Part shown: positions 39,697 through 53,419 of the stretch, one piece after another
Layout of the letters: every line of letters starts with the position of its first letter
How positions within the stretch are numbered: position 1 is the first letter of the stretch
NCBI GenBank assembly: GCA_965223855.1
Contig: CBDCXM010000008.1
Location: forward strand, 192,001-256,000
Reading direction: 5' to 3'
Source: Candidatus Multivoradales bacterium
GTDB lineage: Bacteria > Acidobacteriota > Thermoanaerobaculia > Multivoradales > JAHEKO01
DNA: 64,000 bases
The notes under the pieces: generated by a model
Database searches by the model: none
What the model saw: only the letters and a program-made list of their open reading frames with translations
What the model was told of the DNA's origin: nothing
Translations under genes and position numbers: made by a program

Positions 39697-41065
39697 GAAT
39701 CCTTCCTCGCTTGAGGAGCCCGTCGTAGTTGCGCATCACGAGCTGGCTCTCGACCTGCTGGACGAAGTCCATCGCCACGCCGACGACGATCAGGAGCGAC
39801 GTACCGCCGAAGTAGAAGTTGATCCCCATGCCTTCGGTGAACCAGTTCGGCAACGCTCCCTCGAGCGACTCGCCGACGAACGGCAGGCCGCCGACCTTGA
39901 AACCGCTGAGCAGGAACTCGGGCAGCACCGTGACGGCGGCGAGGTACAGCGAACCGACGAGCGTCAGCCTGGTGAGGATGCGATCGATGTAGTCGGACGT
40001 TCGGCGACCTGAGCGGATGCCGGGGATGAACCCGCCGTACTTGCGCAGGTTCTCGGCGGTGTCGGCCGGGTTGAAGATGATCGAGACGTAGAAGTACGAG
40101 AAGAAGATGATCGCCGCGATCGAAAGCAGGTAGTGCACCGGCTGGCCGTAGCCGAGATAGAAGGAGAGGCGCTGGAGCCACTCCTGGCCCTGGAAGAGGC
40201 CCGCAATCGTCGTCGGCAGGATGACGACCGAACTGGCGAAGATCACCGGGATGACGCCGCCGGTGTTGACCCGCAGCGGCAGGTAGGTGTTCTGCCCGCC
40301 GTAGATCTTGCGACCGACCACCCGCTTGGCGTACTGCACGGGGATGCGACGCTGGCCGCGCTCCATGTAGACGATGAAGCCGGTCACCAGGATCATCACG
40401 ACCACCAGGATCAGCACCCGGAGGATGCCGAGACTGCCGTTCTGAATGCTCTGGATCGTGCTGAAGATTGCACCCGGCAGGCCGACGACGATGCCGGCGA
40501 AGATGATGAGCGAGATGCCGTTGCCGACGCCGCGCTCGCTGATCTGCTCACCGAGCCACATGACGAACGCACAGCCGGTCGTCAGCGTCAGGATCGTCAT
40601 CAGCCGGAAGCCCCAACCGGGGTTCGGTACCAGGGTAGCGCCGCCGGGCGTCGTCACCCGCTCGAGCCAGATGGCGATCGATGTCGACTGGATGATCGAG
40701 ATCAGCATCGTCCCGTAGCGGGTGTACTGAGTGATCTTGCGCCGGCCGAGCTCACCCTCCTTCGACAGCTTCTCGAGGTAGGGCCAGACCACGGTCAGGA
40801 GCTGCAGGATGATCGACGAGGTGATGTACGGCATGATGCCGAGAGCGAAGATCGCCACCCGCTCGAGGCTTCCGCCGGTGAAGGTGTTGACGAACCCGAG
40901 GATCGTCCCCTTCTGGGACTCCATGAACTCGAGCAACCCAGCGGGATCGATACCCGGCGTGGGGATGATGCAGCCCACCCGGTACACCGCGAGCAGTGCG
41001 AAGGTAAAGAGCACCCGCTTGCGCAGGTCCGGGATGGCGAAGATATTGCGGAAACTATCGATCAC
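39680..41065 (-). CDS. secY: Preprotein translocase SecY
   Basis: [24 protein letters not shown] and [12 protein letters not shown]. Confidence 0.97.
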   Translation of the reverse strand: MIDSFRNIFAIPDLRKRVLFTFALLAVYRVGCIIPTPGIDPAGLLEFMESQKGTILGFVNTFTGGSLERVAIFALGIMPYITSSIILQLLTVVWPYLEKLSKEGELGRRKITQYTRYGTMLISIIQSTSIAIWLERVTTPGGATLVPNPGWGFRLMTILTLTTGCAFVMWLGEQISERGVGNGISLIIFAGIVVGLPGAIFSTIQSIQNGSLGILRVLILVVVMILVTGFIVYMERGQRRIPVQYAKRVVGRKIYGGQNTYLPLRVNTGGVIPVIFASSVVILPTTIAGLFQGQEWLQRLSFYLGYGQPVHYLLSIAAIIFFSYFYVSIIFNPADTAENLRKYGGFIPGIRSGRRTSDYIDRILTRLTLVGSLYLAAVTVLPEFLLSGFKVGGLPFVGESLEGALPNWFTEGMGINFYFGGTSLLIVVGVAMDFVQQVESQLVMRNYDGLLKRGRIRGRRG

Positions 41066-41499
41066 CGATCCAGAACCTCGCAGCTTCCGCCGGCGGCTTC
41101 GATCTTCTCGCGCGCCGTCTTGCTGAACTTGTGAGCCGAGACTTTGAGGGCTCCGGAGACCTCGCCGTTGCCGAGGATCTTCACAGGTCGGCCCTTGCGG
41201 ACCATCCCCTTCTCCGCCAGCGCATCGGGGGTGACGTCACCCTCGAACCCGTCCAGTCGCGACAGGTTCACCACCGCGTACTCGACCCGGAAGATGTTCG
41301 TGAAGCCACGCTTCGGCACCCGTCGGACGAGCGGCATCTGACCGCCCTCGAAGCCGAACCGCTGCGAGAACCCGGAGCGCGAGCGCTGGCCCTTGTGACC
41401 GCGCCCGGCCGTCTTGCCGTTGCCCGAGCCGGGGCCGCGCCCGATTCGCTTGCGATCACGCTTCGAGCCCGGTGCCGGGGAAAGGTCGTGCAGCTTCAT
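41062..41499 (-). CDS. rplO: 50S ribosomal protein L15
   Basis: [10 protein letters not shown] and FEGGQMPL. Confidence 0.97.
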   Translation of the reverse strand: MKLHDLSPAPGSKRDRKRIGRGPGSGNGKTAGRGHKGQRSRSGFSQRFGFEGGQMPLVRRVPKRGFTNIFRVEYAVVNLSRLDGFEGDVTPDALAEKGMVRKGRPVKILGNGEVSGALKVSAHKFSKTAREKIEAAGGSCEVLDR

Positions 41500-41693
41500 G
41501 CTCCGTCCTCCACGATCTCGACCAGGTGAGGGATCTTCGCGACCATCCCGCGCACCGCCGGCGAATCCTCCCGCTCGACGGTGTGACGGATGCGGCGCAG
41601 TCCCAGGCTCCTCAGCACCTCACGCTGCCCTCGCGGGCGGCCGATGGCGCTGCGGACCTGGCGGACCTTAATCATCTTGCTCTTCTTCGCCAC
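41496..41693 (-). CDS. rpmD: 50S ribosomal protein L30
   Basis: VRSAIGRP and [14 protein letters not shown]. Confidence 0.95.
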   Translation of the reverse strand: MAKKSKMIKVRQVRSAIGRPRGQREVLRSLGLRRIRHTVEREDSPAVRGMVAKIPHLVEIVEDGA

Positions 41694-42222
41694 TGTTCAC
41701 ACTCTCTTCCGGCTCCGGAGCCTCTTCGACCGCGGCCAGACCGCGCTCCTTGCGCACCATCTTCTCGTTGCGCAGGCTCAGGAGCCCCTGCATCGTCGCC
41801 TTGACGACGTTCTGGGGATTCTTGGATCCGAGCGACTTGGTGAGGATGTCCCCGATGCCGGCACTCTCGATGACGGCACGCACGGCACCGCCGGCGATCA
41901 CGCCGGTACCTTCGGAAGCCGGCTTGAGCATCACCCGGCTGGCGCTGAACTCGCCGATCACCTCGTGGGGGATCGTGCTGCCCTTGCGCAGCACCCGAAC
42001 CATCCCCTTCTTGGCGCTCTCGACACCCTTGCGGATCGCCACCGGCACTTCCTTCGCCTTGCCGGAACCGTAGCCGACCTTGCCGTTGCCGTCGCCGATC
42101 ACCACGAGAGCGGTGAACGAGAAGTTCTTGCCGCCCTTGACCACCTTGGTCACGCGGTTGATGTCGATGACCTGCTCGAAGAATTCCGGTTCGCTGCGTC
42201 TGAAATCTCTACCCACGCTCAT
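41668..42222 (-). CDS. rpsE: 30S ribosomal protein S5
   Basis: [11 protein letters not shown] and GTGVIAGG. Confidence 0.96.
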   Translation of the reverse strand: MSVGRDFRRSEPEFFEQVIDINRVTKVVKGGKNFSFTALVVIGDGNGKVGYGSGKAKEVPVAIRKGVESAKKGMVRVLRKGSTIPHEVIGEFSASRVMLKPASEGTGVIAGGAVRAVIESAGIGDILTKSLGSKNPQNVVKATMQGLLSLRNEKMVRKERGLAAVEEAPEPEESVNSGEEEQDD

Positions 42223-42228
42223 ACCCTC

Positions 42229-42600
42229 CTAGAACTCGAGACCCTTGTCCCGGGCTCCGTCGGCAACTTCCTTGACCTTGCCGTGATAGACGTACCCGCC
42301 GCGATCGAAGACCACCTGCTTGACCCCCTTGTCGAGGGCGCGCTCGGCGATCGACTCGCCCACCAGCCGGGCCGCCGACCGTGTCTTCGCGCTCCCCTCC
42401 GCCTTCTTCGCGATCGCACCCTCCCGGGAGCTCGCGGCAGCCACCGTGTGACCGGCGTCGTCGTTGATGAGTTGCGCGTAGACGAAACGCGCACTCTTGT
42501 AGACCGACAGGCGCGGCCGATCGGCGGTGCCGCGGACCGTGGCGCGGATCCTCTGATGCGCCCGTTCGCGGCGCTGTCTCTTCTTCTTGGCTCTGTCCAT
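42229..42600 (-). CDS. rplR: 50S ribosomal protein L18
   Basis: RPRLSV and [14 protein letters not shown]. Confidence 0.96.
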   Translation of the reverse strand: MDRAKKKRQRRERAHQRIRATVRGTADRPRLSVYKSARFVYAQLINDDAGHTVAAASSREGAIAKKAEGSAKTRSAARLVGESIAERALDKGVKQVVFDRGGYVYHGKVKEVADGARDKGLEF

Positions 42601-42632
42601 CGTCTTCGTTCCTTGGCTGCGGAAGCGACCGC

Positions 42633-43178
42633 TCAGGCGGCGGCGCCCGCCTTGCCGACCTTGCGGCGAATGACCTCGTCCACGTACTTGATGCCCTTGC
42701 CCTTGTAGGGCTCCGGCTTGCGCAGGCTGCGGATCTCCGCCGCCACCTGACCGACCTTCTGACGATCCGGCCCGTGGACCCTGATCCGGTTGGCCTTCGG
42801 ATCGACGTCGGCGTCCACCCCTTCCGGCAACGCATAGACAACCGGGTGCGAGTAGCCGAGCGCCATGTGGATCTCACGCCCCTGAGCCTCGGCCTTGTAG
42901 CCGACGCCGTTGATCTCGAGCTCCTTGGACCAGCCGTTGGTGACTCCCTCGATGGCGTTCGCCACGAGGGCCCGCATCAGCCCGTGCCGGGCGCGATGGT
43001 CCCTGGTCTCGCCGGTGCGTTTGATCTCGATCGTCGAATCTTCGATCGACGCTTCGACCTCCGGCAGCAGGTTCTGCGACAGCTTGCCCTTCGGGCCCTC
43101 CGCCGTCAGAACGCCGTCGGCGATCTCTACCTTGACCCCCGAGGGGACGTTGATGGGTTCTTTTCCGATCCGTGACAT
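42633..43178 (-). CDS. rplF: 50S ribosomal protein L6
   Basis: MSRIGK and PEPYKGKGIKY. Confidence 0.97.
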   Translation of the reverse strand: MSRIGKEPINVPSGVKVEIADGVLTAEGPKGKLSQNLLPEVEASIEDSTIEIKRTGETRDHRARHGLMRALVANAIEGVTNGWSKELEINGVGYKAEAQGREIHMALGYSHPVVYALPEGVDADVDPKANRIRVHGPDRQKVGQVAAEIRSLRKPEPYKGKGIKYVDEVIRRKVGKAGAAA

Positions 43179-43187
43179 CTTCGACTC

Positions 43188-43583
43188 CTACCAGATCTCG
43201 CAGAGCACTTCGCCGCCGACCCGGCGCTCGCGCGCCTCGGCGTCGGTGAGAAGCCCCTGCGATGTCGAAACGATCCCGATTCCGAGCCCGTTGAGCACCG
43301 GCTTGATGTCGTCGCTGCGCTTGTAGACCCGTCGACCCGGCTTGCTGACCCGGCCCATGTGACGGATCACCGGCTCCCCATCGTGATACTTCAGGAAGAT
43401 CCGGATGAGGTCGCGCGGCTCGCTCTCGACCGCCTCGTGGCGCTCGATGTAGCCCTCGCGCTCGAGCACCTTGCAGAGCTCCGTCTTGAGCTTGGAGGTC
43501 GGCACGTCGAGCCGGTCGTGGCTGGCGATGTGGGCGTTGCGGATGCGCGCCAGCAGGTCGGAGATGGGATCAGTCATGCTCAT
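43188..43583 (-). CDS. rpsH: 30S ribosomal protein S8
   Basis: MTDPISDLLARIRNA, SKPGRRVY and GGEVLC. Confidence 0.97.
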   Translation of the reverse strand: MSMTDPISDLLARIRNAHIASHDRLDVPTSKLKTELCKVLEREGYIERHEAVESEPRDLIRIFLKYHDGEPVIRHMGRVSKPGRRVYKRSDDIKPVLNGLGIGIVSTSQGLLTDAEARERRVGGEVLCEIW

Positions 43584-43603
43584 CGTCGGTTACTCCGCCT
43601 TCG

Positions 43604-44197
43604 TCAGCTCTCGGAGCGCGGCCGCCGGAACGGCATGCCGAGCTCTCGCAGCAGGTAGAAGGCCTTCTCGTCGTTGTCGGCCGTCGTGACCATCGTCACG
43701 TTGAGCCCTTTCGGGCTGTTGACCTTGTGGTAGTCGACATCGGGGAAGATCAGGTGATCCTTGATCCCCAGCGTGTAGTTGCCCCGCCCGTCGAAGCTCC
43801 CTGCGGGAACGCCGCGGAAGTCGCGCACCCGAGGCAGTGCCACCGAGATCAGGCGATCGAGGAACTCCCACATCCGGAAGCCTCGCAGGGTGACGCGGCA
43901 GCCGATCGGCATCCCTTCTCTGAGCTTGAACGCCGCGATCGACTTCTTGGCGCGGGTGATCACGGGGCGTTGCCCGGCGAGTTGCGCCAACTCCTCGACC
44001 GCCTCGTCGAGAACCTTGACGTTCTGGGTCGCCTCGCCCATGCCCATGTTGAGGACGATCTTCTCGAGACGTGGAATCGCCATGCTGTTCTCGATGCCGA
44101 ACTCGGTTGCGAGCTTGACGGCGATCTCCGTCTCGTACTGCTGCTTCAGCCTCGGGACGTAGCCCGCCGGCATCGCTGCTGTTTCGGTATTGGCCAT
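43604..44197 (-). CDS. rplE: 50S ribosomal protein L5
   Basis: [16 protein letters not shown] and FDGRGNY. Confidence 0.97.
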   Translation of the reverse strand: MANTETAAMPAGYVPRLKQQYETEIAVKLATEFGIENSMAIPRLEKIVLNMGMGEATQNVKVLDEAVEELAQLAGQRPVITRAKKSIAAFKLREGMPIGCRVTLRGFRMWEFLDRLISVALPRVRDFRGVPAGSFDGRGNYTLGIKDHLIFPDVDYHKVNSPKGLNVTMVTTADNDEKAFYLLRELGMPFRRPRSES

Positions 44198-44229
44198 CTT
44201 CTACCTCGTTACTTCTGCGTTCCGCCGGC

Positions 44230-44556
44230 TCAGTTCAGGGTGGTGCCGGAGACCTTCGCCACCCGCGCACCGGAACCGTCTTCGAGCCTCTTGCGACCGA
44301 CCCGCGTCGGCCTTCCCGAATCGGGATCGATCAGCTTCAGGTTCGACAGTCGGATCGGCGCCTCGCGCTCGAGCACCCCGCCCTGCACGTTGCGCTGCGG
44401 GTTCGGCCGGGTGTGGCGCTTGATCATGTTGATGCGCTCGACGATCGCAGTGCCGTCGTTCGGGAAGACACGCAACACCTTGCCGCGCGCTCCCTTGTCC
44501 TTGCCGCGAATGACGAGCACTTCGTCGTTCTTCTTGATCTTCGTCTTCTTCATCAC
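44230..44556 (-). CDS. rplX: 50S ribosomal protein L24
   Basis: [17 protein letters not shown] and EAPIRLSN. Confidence 0.95.
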   Translation of the reverse strand: MMKKTKIKKNDEVLVIRGKDKGARGKVLRVFPNDGTAIVERINMIKRHTRPNPQRNVQGGVLEREAPIRLSNLKLIDPDSGRPTRVGRKRLEDGSGARVAKVSGTTLN

Positions 44557-44587
44557 TCTCCACCTTGGTCGGGCTGCGATCGCCCGA

Positions 44588-44956
44588 TCAGAGGACCTCC
44601 GGCGCCAGCGAGACGATCTTCATGAACCGCTTCTCGCGCAGCTCGCGGGCGATCGGACCGAAAACGCGGGTGCCGACCGGCTCGCCCGTCTCGTTGATCA
44701 GCACCGCCGAGTTGGTGTCGAAACGGATGTAGCTGCCGTCGCGGCGACGCTGCGCACGCCGGGTGCGGACGATCACGGCGCTCACGACCTGCCCCTTCTT
44801 GACCGTACCCTCGGGCGTCGCCTCCTTCACCGACGCGGTGATCACGTCGCCGAGGCCGCCGTACTGACCGGAGGAGCCACCCTTGAGGTGGATGCAGGCG
44901 ATCTTGCGGGCACCGGAGTTGTCCGCCACGTCGAGCATGCTGCCCATCTGGATCAT
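44588..44956 (-). CDS. rplN: 50S ribosomal protein L14
   Basis: MIQ...VADNSGA and SLAPEVL. Confidence 0.97.
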   Translation of the reverse strand: MIQMGSMLDVADNSGARKIACIHLKGGSSGQYGGLGDVITASVKEATPEGTVKKGQVVSAVIVRTRRAQRRRDGSYIRFDTNSAVLINETGEPVGTRVFGPIARELREKRFMKIVSLAPEVL

Positions 44957-44960
44957 CGGC

Positions 44961-45236
44961 TCACCCCTCCGCCTTCTGGAGCACCTCGCGCACCCGCCAC
45001 CGCTTGAGCTTCGACAGCGGGCGGGTCGCAACGATCTGGACGCGATCGCCCTCGCGGCAGGTGTTGCCGGCGTCGTGCGCGTGGTAGGTCGAGGTCTTCT
45101 TCATCCGCCGACGGTAGAGCGGGTGGAGCACCACCCTCTCGACCGCGACGACGACGGTCTTGTCCATCTTGTCGCTGACGACCTTGCCCACCAGGGTCTG
45201 CCGTTGCTTGCGCTCGGTCTGGGTCGCTTCACTCAT
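44961..45236 (-). CDS. rpsQ: 30S ribosomal protein S17
   Basis: [11 protein letters not shown] and RPLSKLKRW. Confidence 0.96.
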   Translation of the reverse strand: MSEATQTERKQRQTLVGKVVSDKMDKTVVVAVERVVLHPLYRRRMKKTSTYHAHDAGNTCREGDRVQIVATRPLSKLKRWRVREVLQKAEG

Positions 45237-45465
45237 CGTTCGAAGCTCCGGTGGCCTGGGCGCTCGTGGACGCCTTCTCGGCCTTCTTCTCGTTCATCAC
45301 CGTCATCACGCGGGCGAGGTCGCGCCGCACGTTGCCGATCTTGGCCGGATTGTCGAGCTGTCCGGTCACCTTCTGCAGTCGCAACGCGAAGAGCTGCTCC
45401 GCGAGCGCCGTTTCCTTGTCCTGAAGGTCTTCGACCGTCAGGTCTCTGAGTTCGAAAGCTTTCAT
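45229..45465 (-). CDS. rpmC: 50S ribosomal protein L29
   Basis: LFALRLQ..TGQLDNP...RRDLAR. Confidence 0.95.
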   Translation of the reverse strand: MKAFELRDLTVEDLQDKETALAEQLFALRLQKVTGQLDNPAKIGNVRRDLARVMTVMNEKKAEKASTSAQATGASNDE

Positions 45466-45472
45466 CCCATCC

Positions 45473-45895
<423 letters not shown>

Positions 45896-45926
45896 GATGT
45901 CTTCTCCCCGTGCTTACCGTGCCGGC

Positions 45927-46577
45927 CTACAGACTCACCGGGCGGGTCTTCTCCCGCAGCAGGTCACCCTTGTAGATCCACACCTTGACGCCGATCACGC
46001 CGTAGGTCGTGTGAGCTTCGGTGAAGCCGTAGTCGATGTCCGCCTTGAGGGTGTGGAGCGGCAGACGACCGTCCTGGTACCACTCGGTGCGCGCGATCTC
46101 GTGACCGCCGAGACGACCGGCGATCATGATCTTGGCGCCCTTGGCGCCGAAGCGGAAGGCCGACTCCATCGCCTTGCGCATGGCGCGCCGGAACGCGATC
46201 CGACGGGTGAGCTGATGCGCCACGTTCTGAGCCACCAGCTGGGCATCGAGCTCGGGCCGGCTGATCTCCTGAATGTTGATGTGGACTTCGCGTCCCATCT
46301 GCTTCTGGAGATCGTCGCGCAGCTTGTCGACCTCGGCCCCCTTGCGGCCGATGATGATGCCCGGACGCGAGGTGTAGATCGTCACGCGCAGCTTGTCGGC
46401 AGCGCGCTCGATGTCGACCTCCGAGACCCCGGCGTGCGACAGGCGCTTCTTGAGCCCCTCACGCAGCTCGACGTCCTCCTTGAGGAGCTTCGCGTAGTCC
46501 TTCTCGGCGTACCAGCGCGAGTGCCACGGCTTGTTGTAGACGAGGCGGAAGCCGTACGGATGTGTCTTCTGGCCCAC
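45927..46577 (-). CDS. rpsC: 30S ribosomal protein S3
   Basis: [11 protein letters not shown] and [11 protein letters not shown]. Confidence 0.97.
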   Translation of the reverse strand: MGQKTHPYGFRLVYNKPWHSRWYAEKDYAKLLKEDVELREGLKKRLSHAGVSEVDIERAADKLRVTIYTSRPGIIIGRKGAEVDKLRDDLQKQMGREVHINIQEISRPELDAQLVAQNVAHQLTRRIAFRRAMRKAMESAFRFGAKGAKIMIAGRLGGHEIARTEWYQDGRLPLHTLKADIDYGFTEAHTTYGVIGVKVWIYKGDLLREKTRPVSL

Positions 46578-46578
46578 T

Positions 46579-46935
46579 CTAGTTCTCCTTGCCTTCCGCC
46601 TTGCGGGTATCGAGCTTGATCGTGATGTGGCTCTGCCGCTTGAGGATCCGGAACGCCCGCCCCTGCGGCTGGGGGCGAAGGCGCTTGAGGGTCGGCCCGC
46701 CGTCGACGAAGCACTCCTTGACGTAGAGCCGGTCGATATCGACCTGCTCGTCGCGATCCTCGGCGTTCGCGATCGCCGACTTGAGCAGCTTCTGCACCGG
46801 ACGGGCCGCAGCCTTCTTCGAGAACTGCAGGATGTTGCTCGCCTCCTGCACGTCCTTGCCGCGAATGAGGTCGATCACGAGACGCACCTTCTGCGGCGAC
46901 GCCTGGTGGTAGCGGAGCTTTGCAGTGACTTCCAT
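46579..46935 (-). CDS. rplV: 50S ribosomal protein L22
   Basis: [14 protein letters not shown] and SHITI. Confidence 0.95.
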   Translation of the reverse strand: MEVTAKLRYHQASPQKVRLVIDLIRGKDVQEASNILQFSKKAAARPVQKLLKSAIANAEDRDEQVDIDRLYVKECFVDGGPTLKRLRPQPQGRAFRILKRQSHITIKLDTRKAEGKEN

Positions 46936-46945
46936 CGCTTCCCTC

Positions 46946-47233
46946 CTAGCGCGCGCGAGCGCCCTTCTCCTTGCGGCCGCCCGAGTGCCCACGGAAGGTG
47001 CGCGTCATGGCGAACTCACCGAGCTTGTGGCCGACCATGTTCTCGGAGACGTACACCGGCACGAAGCGCATGCCGTTGTGGACGGCAATGGTGTGGCCGA
47101 CCATCTCCGGAATGATCGTCGAGCGCCTCGACCAGGTCTTGATGACCCGCTTCTGGCCGCTGTCGTTCATCGCCTCCACCTTGTCCTGCAGGTGGTGGTC
47201 GATGAAGAAACCCTTCTTGAGTGAACGCGACAT
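46946..47233 (-). CDS. rpsS: 30S ribosomal protein S19
   Basis: KTWSRRS and MVGHKLGEF. Confidence 0.97.
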   Translation of the reverse strand: MSRSLKKGFFIDHHLQDKVEAMNDSGQKRVIKTWSRRSTIIPEMVGHTIAVHNGMRFVPVYVSENMVGHKLGEFAMTRTFRGHSGGRKEKGARAR

Positions 47234-47252
47234 GTCTGCCCTGCTTCCTGGC

Positions 47253-48080
47253 TTACTTGCGGTTGCGTCGACGGACGATCATGCCGTCGGTGCGCTTGTT
47301 GTTTCTCGTCTTGTATCCCTTGGTCGGCACGCCCCACGGGGTACACGGATGCCGTCCGCCGGAGCTGCGCCCTTCACCACCGCCCATCGGATGATCGACC
47401 GGGTTCATCGTCACGCCGCGGTTGTGCGGCCGCTTGCCGAGCCAGCGGCTGCGGCCGGCCTTGCCGTCCGAGCGGTTGGAATGATCGGAGTTGCCGAGCC
47501 GGCCGATCGTGGCATAGCAGTTGAGATGAACGCGGCGCTGCTCACCCGAAGGGAGCTTCACCTGGCAGTAGGCGCCCTCCTTGGCCATCAGCTGCGCGCC
47601 GGCGCCGGCGGAGCGAACCATCTGCCCGCCCTTGCCGATCTTGAGCTCGATGTTGTGGATCTGCGTACCGAGCGGGATGGCCGACAGCGGCATCGCATTG
47701 CCGACGTTGACCGGCGCCTCGGGCCCCGAGACGACTTCGTCGCCGACCGAGAGGCCCGACGGCCACAGGATGTAGCGCTTCTCGCCGTCCGCGTAGTGCA
47801 GCAGCGCGATTCGCGCCGAACGGTTGGGGTCGTACTCGATCGAGGCGACCTTCGCCGGCACTCCGTGCTTGTCGCGCCGGAAGTCGACCTCGCGGTAGCG
47901 CCGCTTGTGACCGCCACCACGGAAACGGATCGTGATCCGCCCCTTGTTGTTGCGGCCCGAGATCTTCTTCTTGCCGCTCGTCAGAGGCTTGTGCGGGCTG
48001 GAGGCCGTCACCTCGGCGAAATCCGGCGTCTCCTGAAACCGGCTCGCCGGGTTCGTCGGCTTGCGCTTCTTGATTCCCAT
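47253..48080 (-). CDS. rplB: 50S ribosomal protein L2
   Basis: EYDPNRSA and [13 protein letters not shown]. Confidence 0.98.
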   Translation of the reverse strand: MGIKKRKPTNPASRFQETPDFAEVTASSPHKPLTSGKKKISGRNNKGRITIRFRGGGHKRRYREVDFRRDKHGVPAKVASIEYDPNRSARIALLHYADGEKRYILWPSGLSVGDEVVSGPEAPVNVGNAMPLSAIPLGTQIHNIELKIGKGGQMVRSAGAGAQLMAKEGAYCQVKLPSGEQRRVHLNCYATIGRLGNSDHSNRSDGKAGRSRWLGKRPHNRGVTMNPVDHPMGGGEGRSSGGRHPCTPWGVPTKGYKTRNNKRTDGMIVRRRNRK

Positions 48081-48084
48081 CGCC

Positions 48085-48375
48085 TTACACTCCCTCGAAG
48101 AACTCGATCGTCTTCTCGCCGTCGGCGAGTCGCACGTAGGCCTTCTTCCAGTCCGGCCGGCGCCCGACGTAGCGGCCCTGACGACGGACCTTGCCGTGCA
48201 TCGACGCGATCCGCACGTCCGCGACCTTGACCTTGAACTGCGCCTCGACGGCGCGCTTGACGTCGATCTTGTTGGCCGCTCTCGCCACCTCGAACGCGAC
48301 GATGTTGTTGTCGTCGCGCAGCTCGGTCGACTTCTCGGTAATGAGCGGCCGGCGGATGATCTCCTGAATCCTCAT
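48085..48375 (-). CDS. rplW: 50S ribosomal protein L23
   Basis: PLITEKS and WKKAYVRL. Confidence 0.96.
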   Translation of the reverse strand: MRIQEIIRRPLITEKSTELRDDNNIVAFEVARAANKIDVKRAVEAQFKVKVADVRIASMHGKVRRQGRYVGRRPDWKKAYVRLADGEKTIEFFEGV

Positions 48376-48995
48376 TTGGAAAGCACCCCCACGAGGCGAT
48401 CGAGCGCCCCTTCGCTGAAGACGACGCTGGCCCGATCGACGACGTCGTACACGTTGACGGCCAGTGCATCGACCGCCTTGAGACGCGGGTTGTTGCGCGC
48501 CGCCAGCGCCAGGTTGTCGTTGTCGTGACCATCGACGAGGAGCGCCTTGCCGTCGATCCCGAGCGCCTTGAGCGCACGGTCGAGATCACCGGTCTTCGCG
48601 TTCTCGAGCTCGAGCGAGTCGAGCACGACGATTCCCTCGTCGCGGAGCTTGCGGGCGAGCGCCGACTTGAGCGCGTTGCGCTTCTCGCGCGGCGTCAGCT
48701 TGTCGGCCCACGACTTGGGGCGCGGGCCGTGAACGGTACCGCCGGAGCGCCGCAGCGGCGACGTGATGCTGCCGGCGCGGGCACGACCGGTGCCCTTCTG
48801 GCGGTAAAGCTTGCTCCGCGAACCGCGCACTTCACCGCGCTCCTTGGTCTTGGCCGAGCCAGAACGCTGCGCTGCGAGATACGACTGCACCGCCAGGTGC
48901 ACCAAGTGCTCCTTGAACGGATAGTCGAACACCGCCTCGGGCAGGTCGACGTCCTTGACCTTCTGGTTCGACAGGCTCTTGACTGCGATCTTCAT
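48372..48995 (-). CDS. rplD: 50S ribosomal protein L4
   Basis: QKGTGRARAG and GGTVHGPRP. Confidence 0.96.
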   Translation of the reverse strand: MKIAVKSLSNQKVKDVDLPEAVFDYPFKEHLVHLAVQSYLAAQRSGSAKTKERGEVRGSRSKLYRQKGTGRARAGSITSPLRRSGGTVHGPRPKSWADKLTPREKRNALKSALARKLRDEGIVVLDSLELENAKTGDLDRALKALGIDGKALLVDGHDNDNLALAARNNPRLKAVDALAVNVYDVVDRASVVFSEGALDRLVGVLSK

Positions 48996-48997
48996 CC

Positions 48998-49627
48998 TCA
49001 GCCTCGCTTCGCCCGACGGATCTTGAGGTAGCCCTGCTTCGGCCCCGGCACCGCGCCGCGAACGAACAGGAGGTTGCGGTCCTCGTCGACCTTGACGATG
49101 CGCAGGTTCTTGACCGTGACCCGCTTGTTGCCGGTCTGGCCGGGCATCCGGGTGCCGGGGAAGACGCGCGACGGATCCGACGCCTGGCCGATCGAGCCCG
49201 GGGCGCGATGAAACATCGAGCCGTGGGTCGCGCGACCGCCGCCGAAGCCGTGGCGCTTCATCACGCCCTGGAACCCCTTACCCTTGCTCGTTCCGATGAC
49301 GTCGACGTAGTCGTCGACCTCGAACAACGAGCAGCGAACCTCGTCGCCCGGCTTCCACTCCGCCTCGGGGTCGATCTCGAACTCGTTGATCTTCCGCGTC
49401 GGGGTGGCGTTGTGGGCCTTGAAGTGGCCGTTCATCGGCTGGTTGACGTGCCTGGGGGCGCGCTCCTCGACGAGCCCGAGCTGGACGGAGTCGTACCCGT
49501 CCTTCTCGGCCGCCTTGCGCTGCACCACCAGGCAGGGGCCGGCCTGGATGACCGTCACGGGGACGGCGGCGCCGTCGTCCGTGAAGATCTGGGTCATCCC
49601 GACCTTCTTGCCTAGCAAGCCTTCCAT
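48998..49627 (-). CDS. rplC: 50S ribosomal protein L3
   Basis: [10 protein letters not shown] and [12 protein letters not shown]. Confidence 0.97.
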   Translation of the reverse strand: MEGLLGKKVGMTQIFTDDGAAVPVTVIQAGPCLVVQRKAAEKDGYDSVQLGLVEERAPRHVNQPMNGHFKAHNATPTRKINEFEIDPEAEWKPGDEVRCSLFEVDDYVDVIGTSKGKGFQGVMKRHGFGGGRATHGSMFHRAPGSIGQASDPSRVFPGTRMPGQTGNKRVTVKNLRIVKVDEDRNLLFVRGAVPGPKQGYLKIRRAKRG

Positions 49628-49640
49628 GTCCTCGGGACCT

Positions 49641-49958
49641 CTACTTTCCGAAAGCCTTGATCTCGACATCGACGCCCGCGGGAAGCTCGAGCTTCATCAG
49701 GGCGTCCACGGTCTGCGTGGTCGGCTCGAAGATGTCGAGCAACCGCTTGTGCGTCCGGATCTCGAACTGCTCCCGCGACTTCTTGTCGATGTGCGGGCCG
49801 CGGTTCACCGTGTAGCGCGAGATGTGCGTCGGCAGCGGAATCGGGCCGACAACCCTCGCCCCGGTACGGCGCGCGGTGTCGACGATCTCGTTCGTCGACG
49901 TGTCGAGCACGCGATAGTCGTACGCCTTGAGGCGGATGCGAATCTTCTCGTTGACCAT
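49641..49958 (-). CDS. rpsJ: 30S ribosomal protein S10
   Basis: [16 protein letters not shown] and SREQFE. Confidence 0.97.
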   Translation of the reverse strand: MVNEKIRIRLKAYDYRVLDTSTNEIVDTARRTGARVVGPIPLPTHISRYTVNRGPHIDKKSREQFEIRTHKRLLDIFEPTTQTVDALMKLELPAGVDVEIKAFGK

Positions 49959-49987
49959 GACCGTCGTCTTTCTCCAGCGACTGCGAA

Positions 49988-51178
<1,191 letters not shown>

Positions 51179-51207
51179 GATTCCTCCAGAAACTCCGTCC
51201 TACGAGC

Positions 51208-53280
51208 TCAGCCCGCCGCCTTGGCGACGACCTCCTCGCTGACTGCCTTGGGTGCCTGCTCGTAGTTCGCAAACTGCATGGTGTAGTTGGCCCGACCCTG
51301 GGTGATTGAACGCAGGTCGGTGGCGTAGCCGAACATCTCCGAAAGAGGCACCGAGCAGGTGACGACCTGCGCATTGCCCCGTGCTTCCATCTGCTGCACA
51401 CGGCCGCGTCGCGACGTGATGTCGCCGATGACGTCGCCCATGTACTCCTCGGGAGTGACGACTTCGACGTCCATCACCGGCTCGAGGAGCACCGCCCCCG
51501 CGGGACCGCAGGCGTTCTTGAACGCCATCGAGCCGGCGACCTTGAATGCCATCTCCGAGGAGTCGACGTCATGGAACGAGCCGTCGTAGAGATCGATCTC
51601 GATGTTCGACATCGGGTAGCCGGCCAGCGGGCCGGTCTCCATCGCCTCGCGAATCCCCTGCTCAACCGGCTTGATGAACTCGCGCGGGATGACGCCGCCC
51701 TTGATCATGTCGTTGAAGACGAACTCTTCCTCGCTCGGGCGGACGCGGATCTTGCAGTGACCGAACTGACCGCGGCCGCCGCTCTGGCGGACGAAACGGC
51801 CCTCCGCCTCGGCTTCGCGGGTGATCGCCTCCTTGTAGGCGACCTGAGGACGGCCGATGTTCGCGCCGACCTTGAACTCGCGCAGCAGGCGATCGGTGAT
51901 GATCTCGAGGTGCAGCTCGCCCATGCCCGAGATCAGCGTCTGCGCCGTGTCCGGGTCGGTGTGCACGCGGAAGGTCGGATCCTCCTGCTGCAGCTTGGCG
52001 AGCGCGACCGAGAGCTTCTCCTGGTCCGCCTTGGTCTTGGGCTCGATCGACACCGCGATCACCGGCTCCGGAAAGCTCATCGACTCGAGCACGACCGGCG
52101 CCTTGGGATCACAGATGGTGTCGCCCGTCGTCACGCCCTTGAGGCCGACCGCCGCGGCGATGTCGCCGGCGCGGACCGCTTCGATCTCTTCGCGCTTGTC
52201 GGCGTGCATCTTCAGCAGACGACCGACGCGCTCGTTCTTGCCGCGGGTGGTGTTGAGCACCGAACCGCCGGCCTCGACGACGCCCGAATAGACCCGGAAG
52301 TAGGCCAGGTGGCCGACGAACGGATCGCTCATGATCTTGAAGACCAGGGCCGAGAACGGCTCGTCGTCCGAAGCGGGCCGCTCGGCCGGCTCGTCGTTGT
52401 CGGGGTTGACTCCCTGAATCGCCGGCACGTCGATCGGCGACGGAAGGAAGTGCACCACCGCGTCGAGCAGCGGCTGCACGCCCTTGTTCTTGAAGGCGCT
52501 ACCGCACAGCACCGGCTGGAGCTGGCTCGAGATCGTCGCCCGGCGCAACGCCTGGATCAGCTCGTCGTTGGTGACCTCGTCACCGGAGAGGTACTTCTCG
52601 AGCAGCGCGTCGTCGGTCTCGGCGATCGCCTCGACCATCTCCTCGCGCGCCTTGAGCGCCGCATCGGCGAGCTCGGCGGGAATCTCCACCGTCTCGTAGT
52701 CGGCGCCGAGGCTCTCGTCCTTGTAGGCGATCGCCTCCATCGCCACCAGATCGATGATCCCCTGGAGATGATCCTCTTTGCCCCACGGGAGCTGCACGAC
52801 CACCGGCGACGCGCCGAGTCGCGACCGCATCATCGACACGCAGCGCTCGAAGTCGGCGCCGGTGCGATCCATCTTGTTGACGAACGCGATCCGCGGCACC
52901 GAGTACTTGTCGGCCTGACGCCAGACGGTCTCGGACTGCGGCTCGACGCCGGCGACCGCGTCGAACACGGCGACCGCGCCGTCGAGGACGCGCAGCGAGC
53001 GCTCCACCTCGGCAGTGAAGTCGACGTGACCGGGAGTGTCGATGATGTTGATCCGGATGTCGTTCCAGAAGCAGGTCGTCGCAGCGGCGGTGATGGTGAT
53101 GCCGCGCTCCTGCTCCTGCACCATCCAGTCCATGGTGGCGGTGCCTTCGTGCACCTCACCGATCTTGTAGCTCACTCCGGTGTAGTAGAGGATCCGCTCG
53201 GTCGTGGTCGTCTTCCCGGCATCGATGTGCGCCATGATGCCGATGTTGCGGATCTTCTCTAGGGGTACTTGCCTGGCCAT
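51208..53280 (-). CDS. fusA: Elongation factor G
   Basis: [19 protein letters not shown] and NKMD. Confidence 0.98.
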   Translation of the reverse strand: MARQVPLEKIRNIGIMAHIDAGKTTTTERILYYTGVSYKIGEVHEGTATMDWMVQEQERGITITAAATTCFWNDIRINIIDTPGHVDFTAEVERSLRVLDGAVAVFDAVAGVEPQSETVWRQADKYSVPRIAFVNKMDRTGADFERCVSMMRSRLGASPVVVQLPWGKEDHLQGIIDLVAMEAIAYKDESLGADYETVEIPAELADAALKAREEMVEAIAETDDALLEKYLSGDEVTNDELIQALRRATISSQLQPVLCGSAFKNKGVQPLLDAVVHFLPSPIDVPAIQGVNPDNDEPAERPASDDEPFSALVFKIMSDPFVGHLAYFRVYSGVVEAGGSVLNTTRGKNERVGRLLKMHADKREEIEAVRAGDIAAAVGLKGVTTGDTICDPKAPVVLESMSFPEPVIAVSIEPKTKADQEKLSVALAKLQQEDPTFRVHTDPDTAQTLISGMGELHLEIITDRLLREFKVGANIGRPQVAYKEAITREAEAEGRFVRQSGGRGQFGHCKIRVRPSEEEFVFNDMIKGGVIPREFIKPVEQGIREAMETGPLAGYPMSNIEIDLYDGSFHDVDSSEMAFKVAGSMAFKNACGPAGAVLLEPVMDVEVVTPEEYMGDVIGDITSRRGRVQQMEARGNAQVVTCSVPLSEMFGYATDLRSITQGRANYTMQFANYEQAPKAVSEEVVAKAAG

Positions 53281-53338
53281 TTGTCTCGTCTCTTCTTCGT
53301 TCGCTCAAAGCCCCGGAGGGCGGCCCCGAGGGGCAGAA

Positions 53339-53402
53339 CAGCGACAGCGGGCGGCCCGCTGTCGCTGAGCACTTCAACCGGCTTGCGCGCTCGCGAGCGC
53401 GC
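53339..53402. repeat. Strong hairpins in the rpsG-fusA spacer
   Basis: CAGCGACAGCGGG-CGG-CCCGCTGTCGCTG (13-bp stem) and perfect palindrome GCGCGCTCGCGAGCGCGC. Confidence 0.7.
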
Positions 53403-53419
53403 GATGAGTCCGGTGCCGA

